A stretch of DNA of 64,000 nucleotides from Eledone cirrhosa. Taxonomy: Eukaryota. Position numbers and translations under genes: made by a program. The stretch lies in NCBI GenBank assembly GCA_964016885.1, contig OZ024753.1, positions 4,340,001-4,404,000 of the forward strand, read 5' to 3'. Shown in pieces: positions 17,599-32,220 of the stretch. Every line of letters starts with the position of its first letter. Positions within the stretch are counted from its first letter, which is position 1. Under the pieces are notes generated by a model. That model saw only the letters and a list, made by a program, of their open reading frames with translations, was not told the origin of the DNA and searched no databases.

Positions 17599-17836
17599 CC
17601 TGTGTCAGTGTTGAACAAAAAGGTGACGTGGTTGCCTTAACACCGTATGGCATAAATTCAGGCTGTTCAGTTTGTTTACAAACGAACAAAGCGACGTTAG
17701 CGCCGCTAAACTGATACGTGCATATATGTATGTGTACCTGTATGCATATGTATGTATATATGTATATATATATATATATGTGCATGCTACTGTACGTCTG
17801 TATACATATATGTATGTACGTATACATGCATACTTA

Positions 17837-18606
<770 letters not shown>

Positions 18607-18608
<2 letters not shown>

Positions 18609-19057
18609 CAATATTAAATAAATGGAAAACTATATTTATAAAACCATATTTATTTCATTATATATATTTCGGGGATATCATATTAACAATATGCTATGCC
18701 TTCATCAGACAAAATACAATATAAACAGTTTTATAGATAAATATATTCGACATACCGTAATAAACATCAACTTCATTTGAAGAGGTTTACTCTAGCAGTC
18801 CAAATGAAGTTGATGTTTATTACGGTATGTCGAATATATTTATCTATAAAACTGTTTATATTGTATTTTGTCTGATGAAGGCATAGCATATTGTTAATAT
18901 GATATCCCCGAAATATATATAATGAAATAAATATGGTTTTATAAATATAGTTTTCCATTTATTTAATATTGTAAATATACTCCAAATATTTGTCGAGTGC
19001 TTTTATATCAGTTATAAATATTTACTAGTTGTAACCCAACAATTTAAATATAACTTT

Positions 19058-19059
<2 letters not shown>
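18607..19059. mobile_element. Young fold-back element (family E): ~173-bp essentially perfect inverted arms 18607-18779 / 18801-18973, 21-bp spacer, right-hand tail
   Basis: tacaatattaaataaatgg...aacatcaacttcatttg versus caaatgaagttgatgtt...ccatttatttaatattgta. Each arm has CTGATGA agg...ccc GAAA tatata. Flanked by (TA)n. Confidence 0.75.
18864..18925 (+). ncRNA. Hammerhead-like motif (family E)
   Basis: CTGATGA (18872) aggcatagcatatt-gtt-aatatgatatcccc GAAA (18910) tata TA. Long helix II and palindromic ATATAT helix III, but helix I is poorly paired. Confidence 0.45.
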
Positions 19060-19116
<57 letters not shown>

Positions 19117-19673
19117 CGCGAGCTTAAATATTTACATATACATTGGTTCGTGTGTGAACTCAGTTTCTTTATTCCACTTTGCTTATAAGTAGCAGTATGT
19201 TTATGGTGTTTTTTTAAAAAAGGTATTTTGAAGGTTTGGGTTTCTATGTGTTATATTAAATATATATCATTATTGATATGCAATCCACACTTCGTTTAGT
19301 CTCAGCTGAACTGTGAATCCTAATTAGCTGTTAATGGATTTATTTAAATTCTTGAAAGATTTGCACTTTACAAGCAGGATAATATAACGTATGTAATCGT
19401 GTGCAATGCTCCATTTCAGTCATTAACGAGCCACTATTTATGCAACATTGTTTACTTGAGTGCAACTGACCCGTTTGAGAACTAAAGCTATAAACGTCAG
19501 TCTTCCATGTAAACTTCGCCATCTTTGTTATATCCATAATGTTCATTTGGTTTTAATAAATCTTAATAAATACTAAGATACTCGTAACCGATGTTTCATG
19601 ACAATTTACATAAATGTGCTTATAAGGCAAGTGCGTGTGCATATCTGGGCATCTCTCTCTCTCTCTCTCTCTC

Positions 19674-20010
19674 TATGGGAGTGGTGAATCGGCAATTGCC
19701 CATGCACCGAGTCTCCCCTCTCCGCGCCACCTGTTTTGTCCAAGGAGAGTGCAGAAACCAATTCAACTTTGCAAAGGGGTCGCTGGAGTGGCAAGAATGA
19801 GGTTGGGTATAACATCGAACTGCCTTAAGAATTCCGGCTTCGGATTCATCCTTGGACTTTATTCCTGAAGGCTTTTCCATACGCAGCGACAGCCGCAAAG
19901 CAGCGGAGCTTTCAATTTGGAATGTGCCCTCTCTTAGAAGGAATGCATTCCTTGAAGGCGCCAGAACAGGACTACGGCTCTTCTCCTGTCAGTAGGCACA
20001 GTTTCGCTTG
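19674..20010 (-). mobile_element. GC-richer fragment resembling an RTE-clade LINE 5'UTR or derived non-autonomous element
   Basis: Plus-strand motifs cgaactgcctta...tccggcttcggatt...tttattcctgaaggcttttcc...agccgcaaagcagcggag...ctctcttaga resemble, from memory, the antisense of RTE 5'UTRs. Preceded by (TC)n. Confidence 0.45.
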
Positions 20011-22329
20011 CATTATAAGTCTCACGAGAAGATGCATGTATGTTTGTGTGTATGTGTGTGTTTATCTATATATATTCATGGTGATATAATGCTGATCAAA
20101 GAGGTATTATAATAATATTTAGTCAAGTTGATGATCATTTATACTGTTCAGAACACCTTATTCGCTCATATTCTGAAAATTGTCTTTATTTAGTCTTATA
20201 ATCCAATTTGGAAACAATGATGAGGGTATAATGAAGCAAATGATTTTAATAAAATATAAGGAATCACGAGTATTTTTAATGCGTAAAATATATATATTTT
20301 AAATTTAACATGAAAGAAAATTACATAAAGTAATATAATTTGGTCATTGGACACCCACTGAAACCTAACTGCGAAGATATTGCTCCAGATTCTAAACGTC
20401 ACTATCTATCAATACGTGTAGATCAAGTGGTTGTACATTATCAAAATAAGATTTTGACAAATGTGACGAGTGTTTCTATCAGGTCAAATAAAATCATTGT
20501 TACTCTCTCCAATGTGTGGATAAATATAATAAATTTCACTTGAATTACGTTATTATTTCCCTGGAATATCAACGGCAGCCCAGCATCGAATTTGGATTAT
20601 AAACTTTGTTATTGCACATTCAAAAGGTATATTATAAATATTGTGAATTCAAAATATGGGGGGGGGGGTGCACAGGAGAGAGACAAAGAATAAGAAAACG
20701 GAAGATGAAAATAACTACGGTTTCAGTGCAGTAAGGTTGATAGCGTTGAATTTGCTGTACATCGGCAGAGACAAAACAAGAGGATAATTCAGCAATGATG
20801 TATCGAAACACTAATACCAGCAGTGTTGATATGGCTATTATTACCGAGAGAAACAAATTCTCGCAGTTTAGTATGGTCCGTACACAGACATTTATTTTTA
20901 TTGCATAGTGAAATAACTTTTATATTCACTGGTAGGTATAAGTATCTCAACGTATTATCATTATGTTAATGTGTCATTTTAACTTACGATATAATTAATG
21001 ATATGATTGTGAAAGATCTGAGGTTCATGGCACCATATGTATCCAAATATATGATGCTACAATAGGTGCATTCTTATTTAAATGAATTTTGTTTCTGACA
21101 GTCGAATCCAATGGAGATTTTAAAACCACGCTGTATCATTTTAAACAAACTGAAGCCGATCATTATTCTTGAATAAATATTAGCTTTTGCTAACGCTCTA
21201 GGTAGAAATATAGAACATCAACCACAAATTAAGCATTCTGGCAACGTAGTCACTCTTCATCCTCTGTCAATACACGGTTCAAGATTTCAATAGCGATAAT
21301 GACAGGAATCAACGCTCTCTTCCTCTTTGAATTAACTATCTTTACTTCTTTAGCGAAAATGCATTAACTCTTTGATAAATGAGGTTTACCGCTTTCGTTT
21401 AAATAATATATTGAGTCGGAATATTTAGTTGCAATAAATACGTAAGTGTATCTGTTTATTGATAAAACCACGAGTATGTACCTAAATTTTAACTACGAAT
21501 TATTTCATTTCATTGTGACAAATTATGTAATGTTATCTTATTGCCAGAATGCACGCCAAATTGTATTGGTGATTCATACTTGTTTGACGAGCTAACGATA
21601 TGACAACGACATAAACTAAGCAAATTATCTGTCATTGCTATCAAAAGCAATAATTACATCTAAAGGATGGATCAGCTAATTCAGCATGTATTGAAGCAAA
21701 ATAAGATGAGTAGTTGTACGATATGGTATTGATCATTGCCATGATGTTAGGGATATGGATAGCTAATTTTAATCTTTGAACATTCCGGGAAATGTCTCTT
21801 CTAGGGCATGTAACCTTTCGATTGTCACAGCAGCAGTTAATAAACCATCATTGAGTTGTCAATAAGAACATTGTTTGCTCCACTGATCAGACAACTCTTT
21901 AAATGGCCCACAAACCTTTAGATACCAATAGAGATATGTGATATCTCGATAGCGGTGCCAAATGGTTTTGCATTTTGGAAGGATGCAATTTAGACTAGAA
22001 TCGGGATTTTACATATCTCTATACCCACTGCGCATCTCCTCATGCATTAAGTACTCCCATGATTAGTGGTCTCCTTGGTCTCACTACCACGGAATCTCTC
22101 TTTATATAACAATATATATATATATATCTATAACAATGCCGTCTGTCTTTATTTTGTCTGACATCTCTTCTCTCTCTCTCCGTAAACATAGTTTCTAAAC
22201 CAATTCTAGTAGAAAACATACGTCTCACTTTCACTCTTCTTGGTTCTGTTAATATTGATTTTCATTTTCTTGTTTATTTTCATTCATATGTTCGCTAACT
22301 GTTTTCCTTCAACACGAGTTGTTCTATGC

Positions 22330-22510
22330 ATGCATGCTCCCTTATTCTCTGCGATTCCCTCTGAGTCTATTGCAATCATGTGACCAAGTCATGTCCAGCA
22401 TCTCTAGGATATCTCTCAGCTGAAACGTATGTGCTTGGACGGGCTTTGTAACAGATCCCATACCCTGCTCACACTGCGAATCGCTGACATATCTCTCCGT
22501 AATATTGACA
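22330..22510 (-). pseudogene. Decayed LINE (RTE-like) ORF2 C-terminal relic
   Basis: Minus strand reads RCWT*LGHMIAIDSEGI, resembling the RRLRWxGHVxRMxxxRI motif of RTE ORF2. Contains stops. Confidence 0.35.
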
Positions 22511-23573
22511 TGTCTATGACATCATTAGACGATTTGAATCTTAGAATAATAATGTGTTTATACATCCATTGATATATTAAGCAAAGTGAAAAAATGACAA
22601 TATCGAATTCACATTCCATTTTTTCTTCAATTTGAAATATTAATGATATATATATATATATATATATATAATTCGCAGTAGATTATATGGAATTCAAAGC
22701 TGTAGAATGATATTTAATTCATACATGATTTTCAAAAACGACTTTAAACTTTATTCATCAAAGATAATTATTGTTTTGAAGTGTCACATGAATCTATTTA
22801 TTTTCTTACTGTCATGACTAAACTTACTTCTCAACTAACTCTAGCAACAAAATGCATTTTGTGTAGGTTGGTGTGTATGCGTCGATAGATGGTATGTATG
22901 CATGCATGTTCGCATACATTTTATAGTATTATATCCGAACAAAAGATATATACTCTACTATATGTTTGGTTGACATATTTATGGGCAAGAGCTTTCAGTT
23001 CATATGGCGAGTTAAATATTATTAGTTACAAACGTAACATATATAGGTACTTAGGTTTTGTTGGGATATTTACCCCCAATTCATTCATAGAGTTATATAA
23101 GGAACGATGCTATATAAGGTGAGATGTCAACACAGAATTCTACCGCAAGGTGACCTGCAGGGACCGATTTGTACATATGTAGTAATAGCGCTAAGAGATG
23201 ATACATCACAGACGAGTTAACGTAGATAAGAGATATATGCAGTGATTCCATGTGTAGTGTCACCAACACCAAGCAGTCCCATATATATATAAATGTGCCA
23301 TGTTTTAATACCTATTTATTCAAATCTTTCCACAACTAAATGACACAAGACACAAAGGGACGCGCGCTCAGACAAACGATGCACATACACGTTCATTTAC
23401 ACATAAAATATACAATATTTATCTCGAACATTTATATCTAAGCTATATATGAATGTGTGTGCATACATATACGCGCGTTTACTGAGCTATTGTTTGACTC
23501 TCGCATTACGAATAGTGAACATGCTTTCTCCCAAGCATGTTTTTGAAGTATTGAAATCATTATTAAGTTTGAG

Positions 23574-23760
23574 GGTGCTGGATTGGCAGTATCGGTAGAG
23601 GCATCGGACGCCATGCTTTGACGCATAGAGTTACGGCCCTTGCCATTCTGAGTTCAAATCCGGCCGAGATTAACTTTATTTTATCGACCCCGTAAGGATG
23701 AAAGGCAAAGTACCAGTAATGTACTGAGTAATTACTGGCCTTGTGCCAAAAGTTGAAACA
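23574..23760 (+). mobile_element. tRNA-like SINE, full length, with inverted internal cassette
   Basis: A-box-like tggcagtatcgg, B-box-like gagttcaaatcc, 3' end ggccttgtgccaaaagttgaaac. TSD-like attatta(a/c)gtttgag at 23559-23573 and 23761-23775. Confidence 0.8.
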
Positions 23761-24508
23761 ATTATTACGTTTGAGTGATGACAAACAATATTTCATAAAT
23801 TTTTTTCATAAATGATAATTCAAAAGTTCAAATAGCGTTACATGTCTTTTAAACTCAGTTTAAAACAGTAACTTTCCTAAGCCCATTAATGTTCCCAAGC
23901 ATTTTCCGTCTGATCTTCTGAATATAGCTCTGTTTTATTTCATATTGAACAAACACGGATCATAGGAATTACATTGGAAGTGATAAAACCAACATCAACG
24001 GATTAAGCTGTTTAGCATTTACTCTATGTTATTTTTATAGTTGAATAAAAGTATGTTACGCCAGTGTTGATTGGTTTTTCTCTGCTTGGTTATTATTTTT
24101 TAAAAAACCTAGAGTTAAGCCTTTTGTACCGTTATCAATTAATGTTCTTTTATCAAGTGTTTCCCGTGTTCTATTGTAATAGTGACTTTTACTTGTAGGC
24201 TTATGATCAACTCGTGGAAAATGATGCAAATGTTTACTTAATGCTACAGTGTGAGTCAGATTCTAATACCTTATATATTTCAGTTGAATTATATATAATG
24301 GTATTTGGTTGTGTGAAGTGCTGCCTCAGCTGATAAGTATATTATTCTGGTGATTTCTGAAATATACTCATATCGTTCGCTGTGATAGATCTACAAATTA
24401 TATATGGTCTGTTTGGTTTTTAGGGTTTGTTCATGAAATATTTACCCAATCTTTAACTAAACGGATTTTGTTCGTGCTATATTGATTTGTCTCACAAATG
24501 TTGTATCG

Positions 24509-24551
<43 letters not shown>

Positions 24552-25459
24552 ATATTCTTGTAGAGAATTTGGTACTTTTCTCTTAGTGAAATGTGGGCAC
24601 TAATATTGAGAGGACAGAGTGAATTGTGATGTTAATATAAAGAAGAACTTGCTAGAGATATTTAACAAAATACTCGAAGGCATTCTAGCGTCTTTATAAG
24701 GACAAGCAATCAGCTAAATACATGATGAGTAAAGCGTAAAAACAAAGTCAACATTAAAAATAGATTAAATGCGATTGCAGGAATATAATGAAAATTGCTA
24801 TTCAATGAAATAACATACCATCATAATTAGGTGTGTGGTGTGGTGTGTGGTGTGTGGGTGTGTGTGTACATATATATGTATATATATGTTATTTGTATTA
24901 ATATATGAATATATGTAATGCATTGTATACCCATTCATATATATATATATATATATATATAAATACAAGTAAAATAGTATTATTTACGCCAATTATGTAA
25001 TGATGATGAGTAACAGTAATGATGTTGAGTAACAAAAAATATTTTGAAGAACAAATTATGAAGTGAAATGAAAATTGAATTAAAAGAATTAGGGGAAATA
25101 TAAAAAAATATGGAAAGCTATGAAGCTTTCAGCGCTGTAGATGTTATTGCTATTTTCATTTGAATTAAATTGGTTCAGAAAAGTATATGAAATTAAAATA
25201 CTATCTTAGGGAATAAACCGTGAAGAAAATTACTAATATTCAAAAATACATTGTAATTGTTTACGTATATCTTGCTTTTTCGAATCGTTTAGCTGTAAAC
25301 ATAATAGAAACGATCTGCTAGATATCTTCATAAAATGCACATATCCTGCAGGATAAATTCACAGTTGTCATTTGCGAACGGTAACAGAGATTCACTTAAT
25401 CTGAAGAATATCTCTAATCTTGTATAAAATATATGGTCTCATGTTGTATATGTGTAGCA

Positions 25460-25497
<38 letters not shown>

Positions 25498-25634
25498 TTA
25501 TTTATTTATTATGAGAACAGACCAAAGTTTAAGCAATGAATCACTGCTTTCACCCTTAAAGGGATTTTCTGAAACTAAAAGAAAAAATAATCCTTATCGA
25601 GCACTCTTCGGAATTTAGTCTTTACATTTATTAT

Positions 25635-25672
<38 letters not shown>

Positions 25673-28205
25673 CTAATGCAATATTGCTTAGGATAATACG
25701 TGAGAGAATACTATATATATAAAAACTGTTGCACGACGAAGTTTGGTCAGCGAGTCCCTGACAGAAAATTCTTGAAACCTTGACGATATTGCTATATCGA
25801 CAGATGCTGAGAATGTCCGTAGTATATCGGACTGTTATGCAAAATGTTGGTAATGTGATTTAACTGCACGGGTCAGTATTGGCACGATGTTACTTTCTGG
25901 AAATAGGAATTTTCCAGTTTCGTTGCAACAGTTGCATTACAAAGATAATCTCATAAATATTGCATTAACAGGTCCATCAATAACATAATAAATATAGAAT
26001 CCCCTTTTTCTAAAAGTTATCATTGTACACGTGGATCGATAACTGCCACATCGAATAAACCAGATGAAGTAGATACATTAGTTATACTATTTTTATAAGA
26101 AAGCTATTTGAACTGCAAACCAAGCTACAGATATGATCAAACAGGATGTTTTGGAAATTCAGAAGGTTCATGGTTGACTGCATTACCGTAAAGGACGCCG
26201 CATTTTTAAACAATATTTCTGCTTTTCTTACTTATTATATTCAGCATTAGAAAGACCAGTGTGAGGATGTTTTCGTATACAACTTAAATATGTGTATTCA
26301 GAGAGATTTATTACTACAATCACTGCAATATATTTCATATAGTATAATTATTCAACCATGTATTTTAACCATCTGCATTATCTCATGTGTAAATTCTACA
26401 TTTGTGAGCATTTGATGTAAGAATATTCTGAACAGAATATTCTCTAGGCATTTTGGAGACTGTATAATTTCTTCGTTTCTATCGCCTAGCTCTACTTTCT
26501 CGGTATCTATTATCCACATTTCGTGTATATACAGGTAAGAGTATTTTATTCCCATATTTTTATCTTCATAACATCTATATTCGGTTCCAATTTTCAAGTG
26601 ACTTCATATAAATCTTTCACATAGGTTTGCATGCCTTTTAGAACACAATCTCACTAAGTTTCATTTTCCAATTGAAAATTAATAAAAAAAAAATATATTC
26701 CAGTGATGAATTTAAAATTGTCAGGTAAAACTAAAAATAACATTTTATATTCATGTGTAAAAATAATATCGTATATTTAAAATTCAATATTGTTAGACAT
26801 TCACTGCAGCCTGTTGAAACTGTTGACTAGTCACATAACCTTATGTGATTTAGTCAAAGCTGACTGGGAAATCAATCTCCGATGAACATCCATGACTGTA
26901 GCAAATACTCTTCCAAGTTATCCTTCTCCCTGTGTTACATGTTTTCAGCAAATATATTCGAATATAAACGGGGTATAATATTAAATAGTTCTTATTTCTA
27001 GTATTGATTTCTGTTTTCCAAACAGGGACATAATTATAGGTCATCACCTATGAGTTTGTGTTAAGTTCTACCCTAGTAACACGAGCATCCGCTGAGAAAA
27101 TTTACTTGGCAAATGGATCCAGTTTAGTTAGTGAACCGATCTCTGTCGCAGTTCTTCTCATTCAAACTATTCCTATATATATATATATAAAAACATGAAA
27201 GCACATTGAGATAGTAAATAGGCAATTATTCTGTTATGCTATAAGTTTGAACGAACTTGAAGTTAAATATGGAAAGATATCAACGTCTTACATAACAGTT
27301 CGTAACCGAGATGTGTGTGGCCTGAATCTTACTAGTGATGCCAGGCGTTTTTAGATATATAAAATAAACAGTATATTGTTTTACCAGAGAATTTTATGAA
27401 ATGACTTAGCTAACAGATTTTCCTGCCTGAAAAGGTAACTAAACATTAAGAGCGATAATGTTAACTATATGAATGGCCCTACAGAAACAAGAGCATACAT
27501 TGTGATATAGCGAGTTAATGTACGAAATAAAACCCATCTGCTCGTTGACTCTTGATAAATGGAATATGTATATATGCTTGTTTATAGCACTAAGCTTCTT
27601 CGTATAAATCTGATCGTTTATCTATATATATGCATAATATGTTAGCTAGGGTTTGTGACTGTGCTAATGGCTGCTATATAGTTAACTTAAATACTAAAAG
27701 TAAAGTGTCATCTCCATAATATTTCCAAATGATGACATTAAAAAAGAGTTGTTGCTAGAGAAATTTTTATAATGATTGTATTATTTCGCTCTTTCGACTT
27801 TGTCAACATATATCTTGATAAATATGGTGAATGAGAAAAAATAAGCAAAATATGATAGTTGATATAAGTAAACGCTTTTGGCATTTTCTATCATGATGTT
27901 GAAATAACACTTCTATCTATTTCAGGTTTTTCACCAAACTTTCTGTGAAAATATAGGCTTGCAAATTATAAGTATATTGTGAGGAAAACCGAAAGCGTGG
28001 AAGCATATTATACAGGTATACACTTAATATGTTCAACACCGATATATAGTAAAGTATAATGCCTGAGTTAATATTCATAAAAAAGTAAAATGTTTGACAC
28101 GTGGTTCAAATTCTGCTGAGTATGTCATTTTTATAAGAGACTGAAACTAAATTCAAACATATTCTACGTAGAAAATTGAGGGTACAGGGAAACTGCAGAA
28201 GTACG

Positions 28206-28236
<31 letters not shown>

Positions 28237-30206
28237 CATATGTATAACTGGGATTTATATGAAAACATATTCTGTGTGTTTTTTATATGATTATGCTTAA
28301 GGCTATTTTAGTAATCTCCAAATAATTATAACTACCCAGTTTTGCTCTGTAAGCAATTAAGAATTTCCAGCCGAAGTTTTCTTTTTGCTATATGCAACTA
28401 AACGTATAATATTTGCGTTTATATATACTGCTATTATGCTTAACACTATCTTAGTGCCGCGGCAAATATGACTATAAATATATAGACACACACACAGACG
28501 TACGTACGTTTGTGTGTGTGTGTTTGTGTGTGCCCGTGTGTCTGTGTGTGTATATGTATGCGTACATACATATTCACATATGCAGTACAATGACGCGTAT
28601 ATGTGTGTCTGTTGTAGATAATTTCTGTACATATCTTGTATTATGCAGATTTACGTGCATGTATTTATTGATTCTTATAGTTACTGAGCAGCAAGTTATA
28701 CGTCATTTACGTTACAAAGATTTCGAATATGTGAAAGGAAAGATATAAAATTCTCGATAATGACCTAATAGCATGTAGATTATCGTAGCCTTGCGACGAA
28801 TTTCAATGAAAGAGAAGAAACATGTCATTCAACTATATAAGCGTAATGACTAGCTGTTATCGTCATGAATCAAGATATATATGATCTGAAAATAAATATA
28901 AATATCATGAAAATTTAGATATATGAAATTTTATTATCAGGGTGCGGACAGCTCGCCTTTCTCAGTTGATAATATGTTTTCGTTACTGTGAATGCTTCGT
29001 TCTACTGTATTCTTAGAAATGATGTTACTGTTACAATATGATAAAACAAAGAACAAATATATTAAACTACAATATATTATCATACCATTTTTTCTTATTG
29101 AGAATAAGTGTTGAATATGAAAAGTATCGATACAATACGAAATGTTTCCATAGGCAAATGATTTATCCACGGGAATAATAATTCAATACTCTTTAGAAAT
29201 TTCAAATCTGAAAAATATTTGTGTATATCAGATAATCATGTTGTATCGGTACCTTTCTATTTCCTGACTGTTTGCAGTTGCAGTTATACCCTTCGTGATT
29301 AGAAGCAAACACGTGTAAGAGAACATCTAATAGATTATACACAACCTAATTTGAAATGAATTGTATCATGCATGACAATAAAAATAATAATAATAATAAT
29401 AATAATTAAAAAACAAAACAAAAAAAAATAAATTTAAAAAAAAAAAAAAAAAAAACACTGGTGAATACTTTCTAAGGGACAGGGGATCAAAATTATCAGC
29501 TACAAAAAGAGAATGACATATGCAATCACACAACCACTACACTATAAGCAAGATTGTCAACCTAGAAAGCTAGACATTTTATATTTTGTGAAAACGTGGC
29601 CTGTATACGTCGGAAAAGTTTAATATGCATTTTGAATATCCACAGCATATAATACATTTCAATAGCGTGTCCAAATAACGCTACTGCTAATTTGAATGAG
29701 ATAAGGTAACTAAATCTAGGAGTGACGCTCTTAAGAAAGACAACTTTTGAGAAATAGTTGCTTCATTTTATTCTAAGTTCCTACGAAACCACTTCTTTTT
29801 TCGATTTGCCCCAATTATTAATCGTGGCAGCTTCCTTCGGAAACGCCATGGATATATGCGGTATTTTCCTCCTATAACCACACACACTGGTACTAGAAGT
29901 AATTGGCTATGGCAGTAAGAGTATCTTCTGGCTGTCGAACGTTTTTACATCGACATGAGTGGTACAATTGATTTCCTGCAACTTTTAAAAGGTTTCCTTA
30001 AAAGGAAATCTCATTTATTTCCGTTAGTGTGCAAGAAAATTGAATCGATAGATTTGCTGAAGCAAAGGAATTCTAGATTACTCTTACATCAGTTTGTGGT
30101 TACTAAAGAAGCAAGGGTACGCTGATCTGAAGAGTGCTTATAAATGTAGTAGAATTGAAGAATCCTTTCATAATAACAAGTACAACTAGTATTCATCACA
30201 CTACTA

Positions 30207-30505
30207 CAGTGGTTCCCAACCTTGTGTGTACCATGCCCCACCTCAACATCTAAAACATAACTACCCCCATTGATATGAAAACAACAATGATCAACAGCAA
30301 GGTGTAAACATTAGTGAATAGATGGTTCCAGATACACTCATACATGTGGAAGAGGATGTGAGACAGGAGTTTCTGACAGTAATGTGTACATAAGTTGCCT
30401 TGGTGTAAAATTAATAAAGTAAAAGCGTATGTTGTTTCACATTAATATCATCTTCAAATGGCCCCAATAAATATGCAAATCTCCGCCCCATGTTGTGAAT
30501 CACTA
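30207..30505. mobile_element. Degenerate hAT-type MITE
   Basis: TIRs cagtggttcccaac ... gttgtgaatcacta. 8-bp flanks cactacta / ttctacta match at 6 of 8. Confidence 0.5.
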
Positions 30506-31247
30506 TTCTACTATCACAGAAACTGCTATGAGAAATGCAACAGAACCCACCACTACAAACGCAGTATTTCAAATAGAGCAACAACAAATACAGACATGCA
30601 CCCGCAGATGTGTACAGACACAGAATTATAAAGCGATATTTTCAGGACACTGTTTGTTCAAGACAAAATATGATCAATATTAGGAAATGCCGATATATAT
30701 TAAGAAAGTCAATTGCCTTCTAGATATTTCATTATTACTGTCTAAATCAAGGGACTGTAGAGTGTTATGCCTAACCAATATCATATAATTTACAGAATAC
30801 ATTGCATTGGATATGACATCCGAGAGAATATGGCATGGGCAGTTATTCACTTGTATTTACATACTTTGCTATGAAAATAATCACATGGTATGTTAAATAA
30901 TATTTTACAAATTATTCGTATTCCATTCTATTAGCGAATACGTTTAGAAAGTCAACTAAACTTAATATATAACTACAAGCATAATTAATGAGCTATTTTA
31001 TGTGCAGCCCAAGAAACAAGCTAAGTTGATATTTGACATCAATTTTCCTTAGAGTTGCCAACCGGTGGAGCGATAAAGTGGGTTTGTCAAAACTCGCGAA
31101 CTTATTATGAATTATGTCTCAAAGTTCCAGCAACCCTGCATACAGAGAAACACCACCTCAAAGTAGAATCATTATCAGATGTTAAAAATATTTCATAAAT
31201 GGATATTTCATATATTTTAATTTTAAATATATGTAGAATGTAATAAT

Positions 31248-31432
31248 TGTTTCTACGTTAGGCACAAGGCCAGCAATTATCCAGTGCATTACTGGTACTT
31301 TATTTTATCGACCCCGTAAGGATGAAAGGCAAAGTCAACCTCGGCGGGATTTGAACTCAGATCGTAAAGGGACGTAACTATGCTGGAAAGCATGGCGTCC
31401 GACCCTCTACCAATACTGCCAATCCATCCCCC
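31248..31432 (-). mobile_element. tRNA-like SINE, full length, standard internal orientation
   Basis: Minus strand ggattggcagtattggtag...gagttcaaatcccgccgaggttgactttgcctttcatccttacggggtcgataaaataaagtaccagt...ggccttgtgcc. Perfect 19-bp TSD atatgtagaatgtaataat (31229-31247, 31433-31451). Confidence 0.9.
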
Positions 31433-32220
31433 ATATGTAGAATGTAATAATGTTACCATCTAGCATAGCGCGCATATAACTTGGAATATATACGTATATA
31501 TGCGTGTGTTAGTTCCACAACAGTTAAACAATTTTCGAGGACAGGTGGAACACACTCCTACCGAACTACTGCTATGGACTGAGTGCTCTGCTACAACGGA
31601 TATAACCTCCCAGTGTTCTACGTACCTTCCTGCTTGCACGTCCGTTCGCCTGTCTGTCTGCCTGCGTGTACGCTCGTGTGTGTGTGTGTGTGTGTGTGTG
31701 CGTGTGTGTATACTGTGTATCATGGAAATACCTTTAATTTTTGTTAAACTTTATAATTCTTTAATTTAGAAGGTAACATTCTTTAAGTTACTATACATCT
31801 ACATGCGGTTCCCTGGCCAGCATCACTATACAGACCTGATTTGTGTGAATATATTCACTCTGGAGACGTTTCAAGAATTCAGCTTCCACAGTTCAGCCAG
31901 AGGCCAATTCAATGTTTTCAATGATTTATTTTTATATTACAAAACACATATTACAAAACAGTAGTACTCAACGGCCCTTCACTCTTATTGGAGAAACCCC
32001 CCATCACTTATGCCTGAGTTGGACTTCCTTTTGATCAAAAGGTCGAATGATATAGAGCCATCTGGAGGTTAGTATTAAACAGCAAATATATAGATGGCGT
32101 CCTAAAATAATTCTTGCGATCTCTTAATTTCTCATTCACTTTTCCTTTTTTAATGTCATTTATTTCATTCCTTATTTGTCATTTTTTCTCACGCCCCCCC
32201 CCCCCCCTCCTCCGGTCTCT

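Larger units (their letters stand above)
14757..17836. repeat. 466-bp tandem array with one hammerhead per unit (retrozyme / non-autonomous Penelope-like array); ~1.7 units on -, then ~4.9 units on +
   Basis: Plus units start gtttcaatttatcg at 15560, 16026, 16492, 16958 and 17424 (period 466). Minus units span 14757-15550 (period 468). Units are almost identical and both flanks are (TA)n. Confidence 0.95.

Noticed and set aside
14757-17836. CRISPR-like array interpretation
   Set aside because: Whole units are identical with no unique spacers, there are no cas genes, and the context is eukaryotic.
26352-26597. 81-aa minus ORF as a possible retroelement RT relic or exon
   Set aside because: No convincing RT motif or splice context could be identified by eye.
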